Shown: positions 23,681-34,744 of the stretch, in pieces
Layout: every line of letters starts with the position of its first letter
How positions within the stretch are numbered: the first letter of the stretch is position 1
Source of the DNA: Macrostomum lignano
Lineage: Eukaryota
Direction of reading: 5' to 3'
Assembly: GCA_002269645.1 (NCBI GenBank)
Contig: NIVC01002045.1
Coordinates: forward strand, 146,068-210,067
DNA length: 64,000 bases
Notes under the pieces: generated by a model
Databases searched by the model: none
Told to the model about the DNA's origin: nothing
What the model saw: only the letters and a program-made list of their open reading frames with translations
Made by a program: the position numbers and the translations under genes

Positions 23681-24116
23681 GTTGTGGGTTGATGGCTTTG
23701 CCATAGACATTTTTGTTACGCGACTGCGTTGATGAATTGAATCATGCTATTGAGTTATGAAATAAATGATAGACGCGTCAGAGGTCAACAGACCGCTAGA
23801 CTGACAATTGCTAAAGGCTAAAAGCCAAAAGCACAACAATGTGTAGTTTGTTTATGGCAGAATGTGTCTCGTCTATGGTAAAATGTGTGGGTTCTCTACA
23901 ATAAAATGTGCGAGTTGTCTATGGTAAATACGTGGGTTATCTATGGCAGAATGGAGCTTATGCATAGCCGATTTGGGATTTTTTGGCAGATACTTTCGTT
24001 GCCAAAGACGGAATTTGCAGCTCGCACAATTAAAAAAACGCTAATTGAAGTGAAGGACAGAAACCAAGGATTACCAAGAAGAACAACTAAAGCCTGAAGT
24101 CGAACTGAGATGTCAA

Positions 24117-27100
24117 TCAAATCTTTGAGTGCCGCAGTTGGAACCCGTTGTTGTTGCTATGCAAAATTCTGTCGCCATCATCCAGCCTGAGATTCGCCGC
24201 CGCGTCGTCCTCGCCTTCGTCTCGCCGAAGATTCGCCAGTCTCTGAAGATTTTCGCCGGACTTTGCCCGACGAATCCGACGGGCCGCTTGGCCGAAAACT
24301 TGGCCGAGGAAGCCCAGGCCGATGCCGAACATGGTGACGGCTCCAAGCCGGCCGAGAAAGTCTGTGGCCGGGTTGGCCAAGTAGGACACGGTGAGGCAGC
24401 CGCCCACGCACAGCCGCATCAGGCAGAATGACACTAGGAAGGTCAGCTCTACGACTAGCAGCAGCTGGGACCTGCGAATGAGCAGTTCATGACCACAGCT
24501 AATCAGAATGAGCAGTTCATGACCACAGCTAATCAGAATGAGCAGTTCATGACCACAGCTAATCAGAATGAGCAGTCCATGACCACAGCTAATCAGAATG
24601 AGCAGTTCATGACCACAGCTAATCAGAATGAGCAGTTCATGACCACAGCTAATCAGAATGAGCAGTTCATAACCACAGCTATCAGAATGAGCAGTTCATA
24701 ACCACAGCTAATCAGAATGAGCAGTTCATGACCACAGCTAATCAGAATGAGCAGTTCATGACCACAGCTAATCAGAATGAGCAGTTCATGACCACAGCTA
24801 ATCAGAATGAGCAGTCTATGACCACAGTTATTCAGAATGAGCAGTCCATGACCACAGATAACCAGAATGAGCAGTCCATGACCACAGATAACAAGAATGA
24901 ACAGTCCATGACCACGGCTAACCAGAATGAGCAGTCCATGACAAGATAACCAGAATGAGCAGTCCATGACAAGATAAACAGAATGAGCAGTTCATGACAA
25001 GATAACCAGAATGAGCAGTCCATGACCACAGTTATTCAGAATGAGCAGTAAAATGACCAACAGCAGCTCAAACCAACCTGAGCGGACTGTTCCCGCCGCC
25101 GGAATTTCTTAGAAACCAGCGCAACTGCAGCAGCGGGTTGGTGCACTCGCTACCGCCAATGGTGATGGTAAGCTCCGGTGCCCATCGGCAGCCGAAGAGC
25201 GACATGGCCAGGCCGAACACGCTGGCGCAGTGGTGCAGCAGCATCAGGGGTCCTTCGGTGCGGTGCAGCAGGCACCAGGCCAGGTCAAAAAGAAAATAGC
25301 CCAAGCACACGGTGAACAGGAGCCGCTCCAGGTAGTTGTAGGGCTGGCCTGGACAGTAGGGGTGAACACAGGTGCGTTATGCGTAGATGCATTAAAGCGA
25401 ATTACATGGGTGGATTAAGGATGGTTCTCACAGGTAAATTATTAACGGTTCTCACAGGTGAATTAGTGACAATTTTCTCAGGTGGATTAGGGCGATTCTC
25501 ACAGGTGGATTAGTGTTGATTCTCACAGGTGGATTAGGGCGATTCTCACGGGTGGATTAGGGTGATTCTCACAGGTGGATTAGGGCGATTCTCACGGGTG
25601 GATTAGGGTGATTCTCACAGGTGGATTAGGGCGATTCTCACAGGTGGATTAGGGGCGATTCTCACTGGTGGATTAGGGTGATTTTCACGGGTGGATTAGG
25701 GTGATTTTCATGGATTGATCAGTGGTGATTCTCACGCGGGGATTAGTGGCGACTCTCATCTGCGGATTAGGGCGCCGCTAAAAATAAAGCTTATCGAATA
25801 TAAAATCTGAAGGCATTGATTAAGCCTGTATTTACAGCCAGTAAAATTGATAGAATCGCAAAATTTCTGTGTGCTGAGGGAGCAGCTGAGACGTGCAGTA
25901 GATCCATAGACATAATCGAATTGTCGCGGATGCCAGAAACAAAGGAAAACAAGAAGTTAGAGGAAGATTAGAAAACAACATAAGAGAAATCGAATTAGAA
26001 ACAATGTACCCTTCGTAGAGGTCATGGAGGTCCAAAACAAAGTGGCCCTAAAATTAAAATGATGCTGGCCATCCAAGTTGCCAAAATAATATTAGCTGTA
26101 TTGAAAGCTGGATGCTTGACAGCGTTTAACCTCTTCCGAACTGAAGAGGATTTTATTCATCTCCGTTCCGGTCGGATGGTAAGCAGCGCTTACCATAGAC
26201 TATTCCTTTCAGCAGAATGGTTTGCTAAGTCTGTGGTCATTCCAGTCTGATAAAAAGACATTGACTATGAATAAGGCCCAAAACTAAGTCTCCATAAACT
26301 AACATAGAAAGTTTTACAGCTGAAGATTATGGCTGCACTCATGGAAGAATTTGAAAGTTTTTCCGATTCGGACTTAATGACGTCCGATGAAGAAGAAGAC
26401 ATCATGTCAGAGGACGATTATGGTGAGTCGGACGGCCAGAGCACTGCCGAAGAGACGGAAGAGCTGTCTTGGCATTCTGTAGTTGCTGGGCATGACGTGC
26501 AAGCGAATGTGCACGAGTTTCTAGGGACACCTGGACTGAATCCAGGAATTTGCGTACCTGGTGATGTTGAGCAGGCAACGTCCTTTTTTCTCGGTCTTTT
26601 TTTGTCCAATAGCCTTTTCGAAGACCTGGCAAAATGGACTAATCGAAGAGCCTGGGCGGCGATCCACTCTGTCAATGTCAACGACCTGCCTCGGAGTTTT
26701 GCGCAATGGAGAGATTGCAGTGCGAATGAAGTAAAGAAAATGTTAGGAATGTGCCTTTACATGGGTTCCAATAAAAAGGCCGAAATGAACGAGTACTGGA
26801 GCACAGACAGTTACTACAGTACGCCGTACTTTCAAGCACCTCAAGCTTCAAGCAGGACCGCTTCAAGCAGCTACTTGGTCTGCTCCGTTTCTACGATTGC
26901 GCTGAGGATCCGATTGTCAACGATCCTCTCTTTAAGATCCGTCCGTTGCTGCAGGCTTTGAAAGAGGCTTGTATTAATGTGTACAGGCCCGAGGAGGATG
27001 TGAGCGTGGATGAGTCTTTGGTGCTGTACAAAGGTCGCCTGCGCTTTAAGCAATATATTCCAACGAAGCGGGCTAAGTACGGAATAAAGCTATATTGTGC

Positions 27101-28444
27101 ATGTGAGGCCAAATCAGGCTACCTGTACAACTTCTGCATTCACTCGACCCCAGAGGAGAACCGCCGGTTCGATGAACAGTTGCAGGGAGACAATCTGTCC
27201 TTCAGTGAGAAGATTGTTGTTGAGCTCTGCTACAACTTGTTGCACCAAGGCTACCGCATCTTTGTCGATAAATGGTTCGGTTCCTATCGGCTGTCAGAGT
27301 ACCTGCTGACTCAAGGAACGCACCTGACTTGTACCGTCCGGGCCGACCGAGGTGTGCCGATTGAGCTCAGACAGCTGCACGTTCCACCTAACGACGTCGC
27401 CTTCATGCGCAAAGACGGGGTGCTGGCTGTCAAGATCGTTGAACGAAAGGAGAGTGGCCTGAAGACTCTGTATTTGCTGGACACGAAAGAGGCGGCTGAG
27501 AGGGTTCAAACCAGACGCGTGGTTCGTGGAGGAGCAGAAACAGTGGTGCAGAAGAGCAGGTCAGTTCTCACCTACAATCGGTGCATGGGTGGTGTTGACA
27601 GAATGGACAGTCATCTACAGCCTCATCTGCCAGGGAGGAAAACTACAAAGTGGTTTTTGAAGCTCGGCTTGCATCTTTTTCTTCAAATGATTCGCAACGC
27701 TTGGATTGTGTACAGCCGGTGCGGTGGAGAGAAGACGTTCGCCAAGTTTCTTGAGGCCAGCATTCGGGAGCTGGTGGAGCGTACCGGAACGAGCAGGAAG
27801 CGCCCGGCCGCTGGCATCCAGGCCGCTCCAGGTGGCCCAGTCAGTCCGCACTTTCCAACGAAGATTGTGGCGCGGGACAGTCAGCCAAGACCAACAAAGC
27901 GCTGACGTGTCTGCTACAGAGCTGGAAGCAGCAAGCGCACGATCTACTGCTGCCCTGAGTGTCCAGGGGAACCGGGGCTCTGCTTGGAAGCCTGCTTTCA
28001 GCAGTGGCATACCTGATCTTCGACTGCGATTTGGACTAAGTCTGCCTTAATGAATCTATTTGAAGGCAACTGTTCACTCGAACTTAGTCAAAATATAATG
28101 CAAGTCAGTATATTTTAATGTAGTTTGTAAGTTTACTGAGTTATTATGTTTATTTAAAGTTTAAAGTTGTCTAACACATATCACAATGTTCTTTTTTGCG
28201 TTTTGGAGTACTTTTGCATCTAAATGTACGATCTGTACGATCTGCTTACTTTTGTTTTACTTTGTTAAAATATTTTTCGTATGATTTTTTTTTCAGTCGA
28301 GTTGTTTCCAGACCGTGAATAATCTGTAGCAGATTTCAACCAACTGCGGTATAAAAGGCAAATGACAAATTTTTTATTTGGAAGGATAAAAGTAAAGCTA
28401 GTTCCTTTTTGAATAAATATTTGTCCATGACCCCTAATGGCTGA

Positions 28445-28479
<35 letters not shown>

Positions 28480-31400
28480 GTTTTGAAGAGCTGCTCAATC
28501 TGATTTTCCTAACTTCAATTCTATGGCAAGCTCTGCTTACCATAGCCGACCGGAACGGCCTGTGGCCAGCCATAGACTTATAGAGACTTTCCTCACTCGC
28601 GAAAGTTTAGGTTTGGATTGGAATGTCAGCGTGGTAAGCACTGCTTACCATCAGACTGCTGGCGGTTAAATAATAAGTATTGAATATTTATTAACTATTA
28701 ATAACTATTAATATTTAAATGCATGACGAACGCTTTTGAAAAAATACCATCGAATACCATGCTACCCTGGAATTTAAAAACTCCCATAGACACCTGGGAT
28801 AAAAATCCACACTGAATCCCATAGACACCTGGGATAAAGATCCACACTGAATCCCATAGACACCTGGGATAAAAATCCACACTGAATCCCATAGACACCT
28901 GGGATAAAAATCCACACTGAATCCCATAGACACCTGGGATAAAAATCCACACTGAATCCCATAGACACCTGGGATAAAAATCCACACTGAATCCCATAGA
29001 CACCTGGGATAAAAATCCACACTGAATCCCATAGACACCTGGGATAAAGATCCACACTGAATCCCATAGACACCTGGGATAAAAATCCACATTGAATCCC
29101 ATAGACACCTGAGATAAAAATTCCCGTTAAATCCCATAGACACCTGGGATAAAAATTCCCGTTGAATCCCATAGACACCTGGGATAAAAATTCCCGTTGA
29201 ATCCCATAGACACCTGGGATAAAAAATCCACACTGAATCCCATAGACACCTGGGATAAAAAATCCACACTGAATCCCATAGACACCTGGGATAAAAATCC
29301 ACATTGAATCCCATAGACACCTGGGATAAAAATCCCCGTTGAATCCCATAGACACCTGGGATAAAAATTCCCGGTGAATCCCATAGACACCTGGGATAAA
29401 AATCCACACTGAATCCCATAGACACCTGGCATAAAAATCACCGCTGAATCCCATAGACACCTGGGATAAAAATTCCCGGTGAATCCCATAGACACCTGGG
29501 ATAAAAATCCACACTGAATCCCATAGACACCTGGGATAAAGATCCACACTGAATCCCATAGACACCTGGGATAAAAATCCACACTGAATCCCATAGACAC
29601 CTGGGATAAAAATCCACACTGAATCCCATAGACACCTGGGATAAAAATCCACACTGAATCCCATAGACACCTGGGATAAAAATCCACACTGAATCCCATA
29701 GACACCTGGGATAAAAATCCACACTGAATCCCATAGACACCTGGGATAAAGATCCACACTGAATCCCATAGACACCTGGGATAAAAATCCACATTGAATC
29801 CCATAGACACCTGAGATAAAAATTCCCGTTAAATCCCATAGACACCTGGGATAAAAATTCCCGTTGAATCCCATAGACACCTGGGATAAAAATTCCCGTT
29901 GAATCCCATAGACACCTGGGATAAAAAATCCACACTGAATCCCATAGACACCTGGGATAAAAAATCCACACTGAATCCCATAGACACCTGGGATAAAAAT
30001 CCACATTGAATCCCATAGACACCTGGGATAAAAATCCCCGTTGAATCCCATAGACACCTGGGATAAAAATTCCCGGTGAATCCCATAGACACCTGGGATA
30101 AAAATCCACACTGAATCCCATAGACACCTGGCATAAAAATCACCGCTGAATCCCATAGACACCTGGGATAAAAATTCCCGGTGAATCCCATAGACACCTG
30201 GGATAAAAATTCCCGTTGAATCCCATAGACACCTGGGATAAAAATCCACACTGAATCCCATAGACACCTGGGATAAAAATCACCGCTGAATCCCATAGAC
30301 ACCTGGGATAAAAATCCACACTGAATCCCATAGACACCTGGGATAAAAATCCCCGTTGAATCCCATAGACACCTGGGATAAAAATCCACACTGAATCCCA
30401 TAGACACCTGGGATAAAAATTCCCGGTGAATCCCATAGACACCTGGGATAAAAAATCCACATTGAATCCCATAGACACCTGGGATAAAAATCCCCGTTGA
30501 ATACCATAGACACCTGGGATAAAAATTCCCGGTGAATCCCATAGACACCTGGGATAAAAATTCCCGTTGAATCCCATAGACACCTGGGATAAAAATCCAC
30601 ACTGAATCCAATAGACACCTGGGATAAAAATCCACACTGAATCCCATAGACACCTGGAATAAAAATCCCCACTGAATCCCATAGATACCTGGGATAAAAA
30701 TCCACACTGAATCCCATAGACACCTGGGATAAAGATCCACACTGAATCCCATAGACACCTGGGATAAAAATCCACACTGAATCCCATAGACACCTGGGAT
30801 AAAAATCCACACTGAATCCCATAGACACCTGGGATAAAAATCCACACTGAATCCCATAGACACCTGGGATAAAAATCCACACTGAATCCCATAGACACCT
30901 GGGATAAAGATCCACACTGAATCCCATAGACACCTGGGATAAAGATCCACACTGAATCCCATAGACACCTGGGATAAAAATCCACATTGAATCCCATAGA
31001 CACCTGAGATAAAAATTCCCGTTAAATCCCATAGACACCTGGGATAAAAATTCCCGTTGAATCCCATAGACACCTGGGATAAAAATTCCCGTTGAATCCC
31101 ATAGACACCTGGGATAAAAATCCACACTGAATCCAATAGACACCTGGGATAAAAATCACCACTGAATCCCATAGACACCTGGGATAAAAATCCACACGGA
31201 ATCCCATAGACACCTGGAATAAAAATCCCCATAGAATCCAATAGACACCTGGGATAAAAATCCACATTGAATCCCATAGACACCTGGGATAAAAATCCAC
31301 ACTGAATCCCATAGACACCTGGGATAAAAATCCACACTGAATCCCATAGACACCTGGGATAAAAATCCACACTGAATCCCATAGACACCTGAGATTAAAA

Positions 31401-33384
31401 TCCCCATTGAATCCCATAGACACCTGAGATTAAAATCCCCATTGAATCCCATAGACACCTGGGATAAAAATCCACATTGAATCCCATAGACACCTGAGAT
31501 AAAAATCCCCACTGAATCCCATAGACACCTGAGATAAAAATCCCCACTGAATCCCATAGACACCTGAGATTAAAATCCTCATTGAATCCCATAGACACCT
31601 GGGATAAAAATCCCCGTTGAATCCCATAGACACCTGGGATAAAAATCACCGCTGAATCCCATAGACACCTGGGATAAAAATCCACACTGAATCCCATAGA
31701 CACCTGGGATAAAGATCCACACTGAATCCCATAGACACCTGGGATAAAAATCCACATTGAATCCCATAGACACCTGAGATAAAAATTCCCGTTAAATCCC
31801 ATAGACACCTGGGATAAAAATTCCCGTTGAATCCCATAGACACCTGGGATAAAAATTCCCGTTGAATCCCATAGACACCTGGGATAAAAATTCCCGTTGA
31901 ATCCCATAGACACCTGAGATAAAAATTCCCGTTAAATCCAATAGACACCTGGGATAAAAATCACCACTGAATCCCATAGACACCTGGGATAAAAATCCAC
32001 ACTGAATCCCATAGACACCTGGAATAAAAATCCCCATAGAATCCAATAGACACCTGGGATAAAAATCCACATTGAATCCCATAGACACCTGGGATAAAAA
32101 TCCACACTGAATCCCATAGACACCTGGGATAAAAATCCACACTGAATCCCATAGACACCTGGGATAAAAATCCCCATTGAATCCCATAGACACCTGAGAT
32201 TAAAATCCCCATTGAATCCCATAGACACCTGAGATAAAAATCCCCACTGAATCCCATAGACACCTGAGATTAAAATCCCCATTGAATCCCATAGACACCT
32301 GGGATAAAAATCCCCGTTGAATCCCATAGACACCTGGGATAAAAATCACCGCTGAATCCCATAGACACCTGGGATTAAAATCCCCATTGAATCCCATAGA
32401 CACCTGGGATAAAAATCCCCGTTGAATCCCATAGACACCTGGGATAAAAATCACCGCTGAATCCCATAGACACCTGGGATAAAAATCCACATTGAATCCA
32501 ATAGACACCTGGGATAAAAATCCACACTGAATCCAATAGACACCTGGGATAAAGATCCACACTGAATCCCATAGACACCTGGAATAAAAATCCCCACTGA
32601 ATCCCATAGATACCTGGGATAAAAATCCACACTGAATCCCATAGACACCTGGGATAAAAATCCACACTGAATCCCATAGACACCTGGAATAAAAATCCCC
32701 ATTGAATCCAATAGACACCTGGGATAAAAATCACCACTGAATCCCATAGACACCTGGAATAAAAATCCCCATTGAATCCAATAGACACTTGGGATAAAAA
32801 TCACCACTGAATCCCATAGACACCTGGGATAAAAATCCCATTAAATTTCCATAGACACCTGGGATAAAAATCTCATTAAATCCCATAGACACCTGGGATA
32901 AAAATCTCATTAAATCCCATAGACACCTGGGATAAAAATCCCATTAAATTTCCATAGACACCTGGGATAAAAATCTCATTAAATCCCATAGACACCTGGG
33001 ATAAAAATCTCATTAAATCCCATAGACACCTGGGATAAAAATCCCATTAAATTCCCATAGACACCTGGGACAAAAATCCACACTGAATACGAGCTAACAA
33101 CAAACAAATGAGACAAAAATCCGCATTAAATTCTATCGATGCTCACCCTGCATTTCCCAGTAGACGGCGTTGCGCCCAAAGCTCGCCAAATCCCAGCCGG
33201 CCAGCGCCGTGACCAAGCAGGCGTGCGCCACCGTCACCATGCGGCAGCGCCATTCGCGCGAAAAATGGCGCGTGGCGCCAAACACGGCCAGAAATTTGTA
33301 GGCGCCGGTCCAGCAGGCGAAAGCGAAGGCCACTTCGGCTGCCAAGCGGCCGGTGCTGGCTGAGCAGCCGAGGTCGGCGGGCAT
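24117..33384 (-). CDS. TLCD5: TLC-domain membrane protein TLCD5/TMEM136, ~287 aa, 3 exons
   Basis: Exons 33384-33147, 25348-25078 and 24471-24117 total 864 nt, with phases 1 and 2 consistent. Motifs: EWRCRMVTVAH, GYFLFDLAWC..EGPLMLLHH, GSECTNPLLQLRWFLR, LMRLCVGG. Confidence 0.9.
24476..25050. repeat. 30-bp minisatellite (AGCAGTTCATGACCACAGCTAATCAGAATG) grading into a 27-bp variant; fills TLCD5 intron 2
   Basis: The array abuts the splice acceptor at 24472-24473. Confidence 0.96.
25400..25770. repeat. 23-bp minisatellite (GTGGATTAGGGCGATTCTCACAG), TLCD5 intron 1
   Basis: About 15 copies with degenerate flanks. Confidence 0.9.
26130..28665 (+). mobile_element. piggyBac-superfamily DNA transposon, 2536 bp, antisense within TLCD5 intron 1
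   Basis: TTAA at 26126-26129 and 28666-28669, with both ends starting CC. Subterminal inverted repeat CCGTTCCGGTCGG..ATGGTAAGCAG at ~26163-26186 vs ~28533-28558. Palindromes ATGGTAAGCAGCGCTTACCAT (26176-26196) and GTGGTAAGCACTGCTTACCAT (28631-28651). Internal transposase present. Confidence 0.88.
26329..28016 (+). pseudogene. piggyBac (PGBD4-like) DDD transposase disrupted by one frameshift and one nonsense codon
   Basis: Acidic N-terminus. Catalytic-type motifs VSVDESL (D at 27009), IFVDKWF (27267) and YNRCMGGVDRMD (27597). A 1-nt frameshift lies between 26832 and 26847. TGA at 27903-27905 falls where the first Cys of the Cys-rich domain belongs, and the frame then continues RVC...CCPECPGEPGLCLEACFQQWHT-stop (28016). 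Confidence 0.93.
28775..33090. repeat. 35-bp minisatellite, ~120 copies, ~4.3 kb (AATCCCATAGACACCTGGGATAAAAATCCACACTG), TLCD5 intron 1
   Basis: Continuous array that explains all minus-strand ORFs from 28698 to 32807. Confidence 0.99.
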
Positions 33385-33524
33385 GCCGGGATTTCAATAC
33401 TTGGCTTCACTTAAGCTGCAATAAACTGCGGTTTCTACTGCCAGTAGCAGATCTGGGAAATTCTCTGCCGATCAGAAATAAAAAGCAGTGAAGCTGGAAC
33501 TTTGGGGGTGATTTTGGGGGGCTT

Positions 33525-34250
33525 ACGGATGATTATGGGTTGCTTAGGGATGATTTCGTGAGTGGCTTCGGGATGATTTTGGGGTGGCTTCGGGATGATT
33601 TCGTGAGTGGCTTCGGGATGATTTTGGGGTGGCTTCGGGATGATTTCGTGAGTGGCTTCGGGATGATTTTGTGAGTGGCTTAGGGATGATTTTGGGGTGG
33701 CTTAGGGATGATTATGGAGTGGTTTAGGGATGATTTTGTGAGTGGGTTAGGGATGATTTTGGGGTGGCTTAGGGATGATTATGGAGTGGCTTAGGGATGA
33801 TTTTGTGGGGGCTTAGGGATGATTTTGTGAGTGGCTTAGGGATGATTTTGTGAGTGGCTTAGGGATGATTTTGTGGGGGCTTAGGGATGATTTTGTGAGT
33901 GGCTTAGGGATGATTATGGAGTGGCTTAGGGATGATTTTGTGGGGGCTTAGGGATGATTTTGTGAGTGGCTTAGGGATGATTTTGTGGGGGCTTAGGGAT
34001 GATTTTGTGAGTGGCTTAGGGATGATTTTGGGGTGGCTTAGGGATGATTTTCTGGGGGCTTAGGGATGATTTTGGGGTGGCTTAGGGATGATTTTCTGGG
34101 GCTTAGGGATGATTTTGGGGTGGCTTAGGAATGATTTTGGGAGTGGCTTAGGGATGATTTTCTGGGGGCTTAGGGATGATTTTGGAGTGGCTTAGGGATG
34201 ATTTTGGAGTGGCTTAGGGATGATTTTAGGGTGCTTAGGAATGATTTTGT
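33525..34250. repeat. ~22-bp minisatellite (GAGTGGCTTAGGGATGATTTTG) between SCYL3 and TLCD5
   Basis: More than 30 copies; most contain TTAGGG, with TTCGGG in the leftmost copies. Confidence 0.95.
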
Positions 34251-34744
34251 TGTCTAGTATGGAGAACTCGAGGTAAAATAAGAAACTAAGGAAAAGTCTC
34301 TAACAAATAACAGGACACCCAAACTAAATAAAATGCGCCGTGAGTACTAACAGTAAAATATAATAACCGAATATATTTAGCAACGAGACTTGCACTAAAA
34401 TTCAAATCTTGACTTATTTCGCATGCAGTGGCAATGTAGCGAGCAAACGCCTCAGTGCAATTACTATAAACCATGCAATAGAATTGAAGCAAAGGTTATT
34501 AAATATCATCCTGGAAACTAATCATAAGTTATCTTATCACCAATTAAGACAGAGAAGGATAACGGCAGTAAAACAAAGAAGCTACCAGGAAAACGCCAAA
34601 AGCAGAAATTTCAATAGCCAGAACAAATTCCGAAATAGCAACTGTGGAACTTTTTTGAGTTCTGGAGCAATTCTCTGTCTCGGACAGTTTTTGGCCCCTG
34701 TTGGAGATTAGCGATTAGAAAGAGATCCGGCTGACTGATGGCAA

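Noticed and set aside
24489-24949. MTTANQNEQF repeat protein
   Set aside because: Antisense translation of the 30-bp array filling TLCD5 intron 2.
27903-27905. Selenocysteine recoding of the transposase TGA
   Set aside because: No SECIS-like structure was recognised, and a single TGY>TGA mutation in a copy that also has a frameshift is simpler.
28698-32807. Very long minus-strand ORFs (up to 519 aa)
   Set aside because: They are translations of a 35-bp unit cycling through frames, with no ATG context or splice support, inside TLCD5 intron 1.
28775-33090. 35-bp repeat array as a CRISPR array
   Set aside because: The units are contiguous with no unique spacers, there are no cas genes, and the array lies in a eukaryotic intron.
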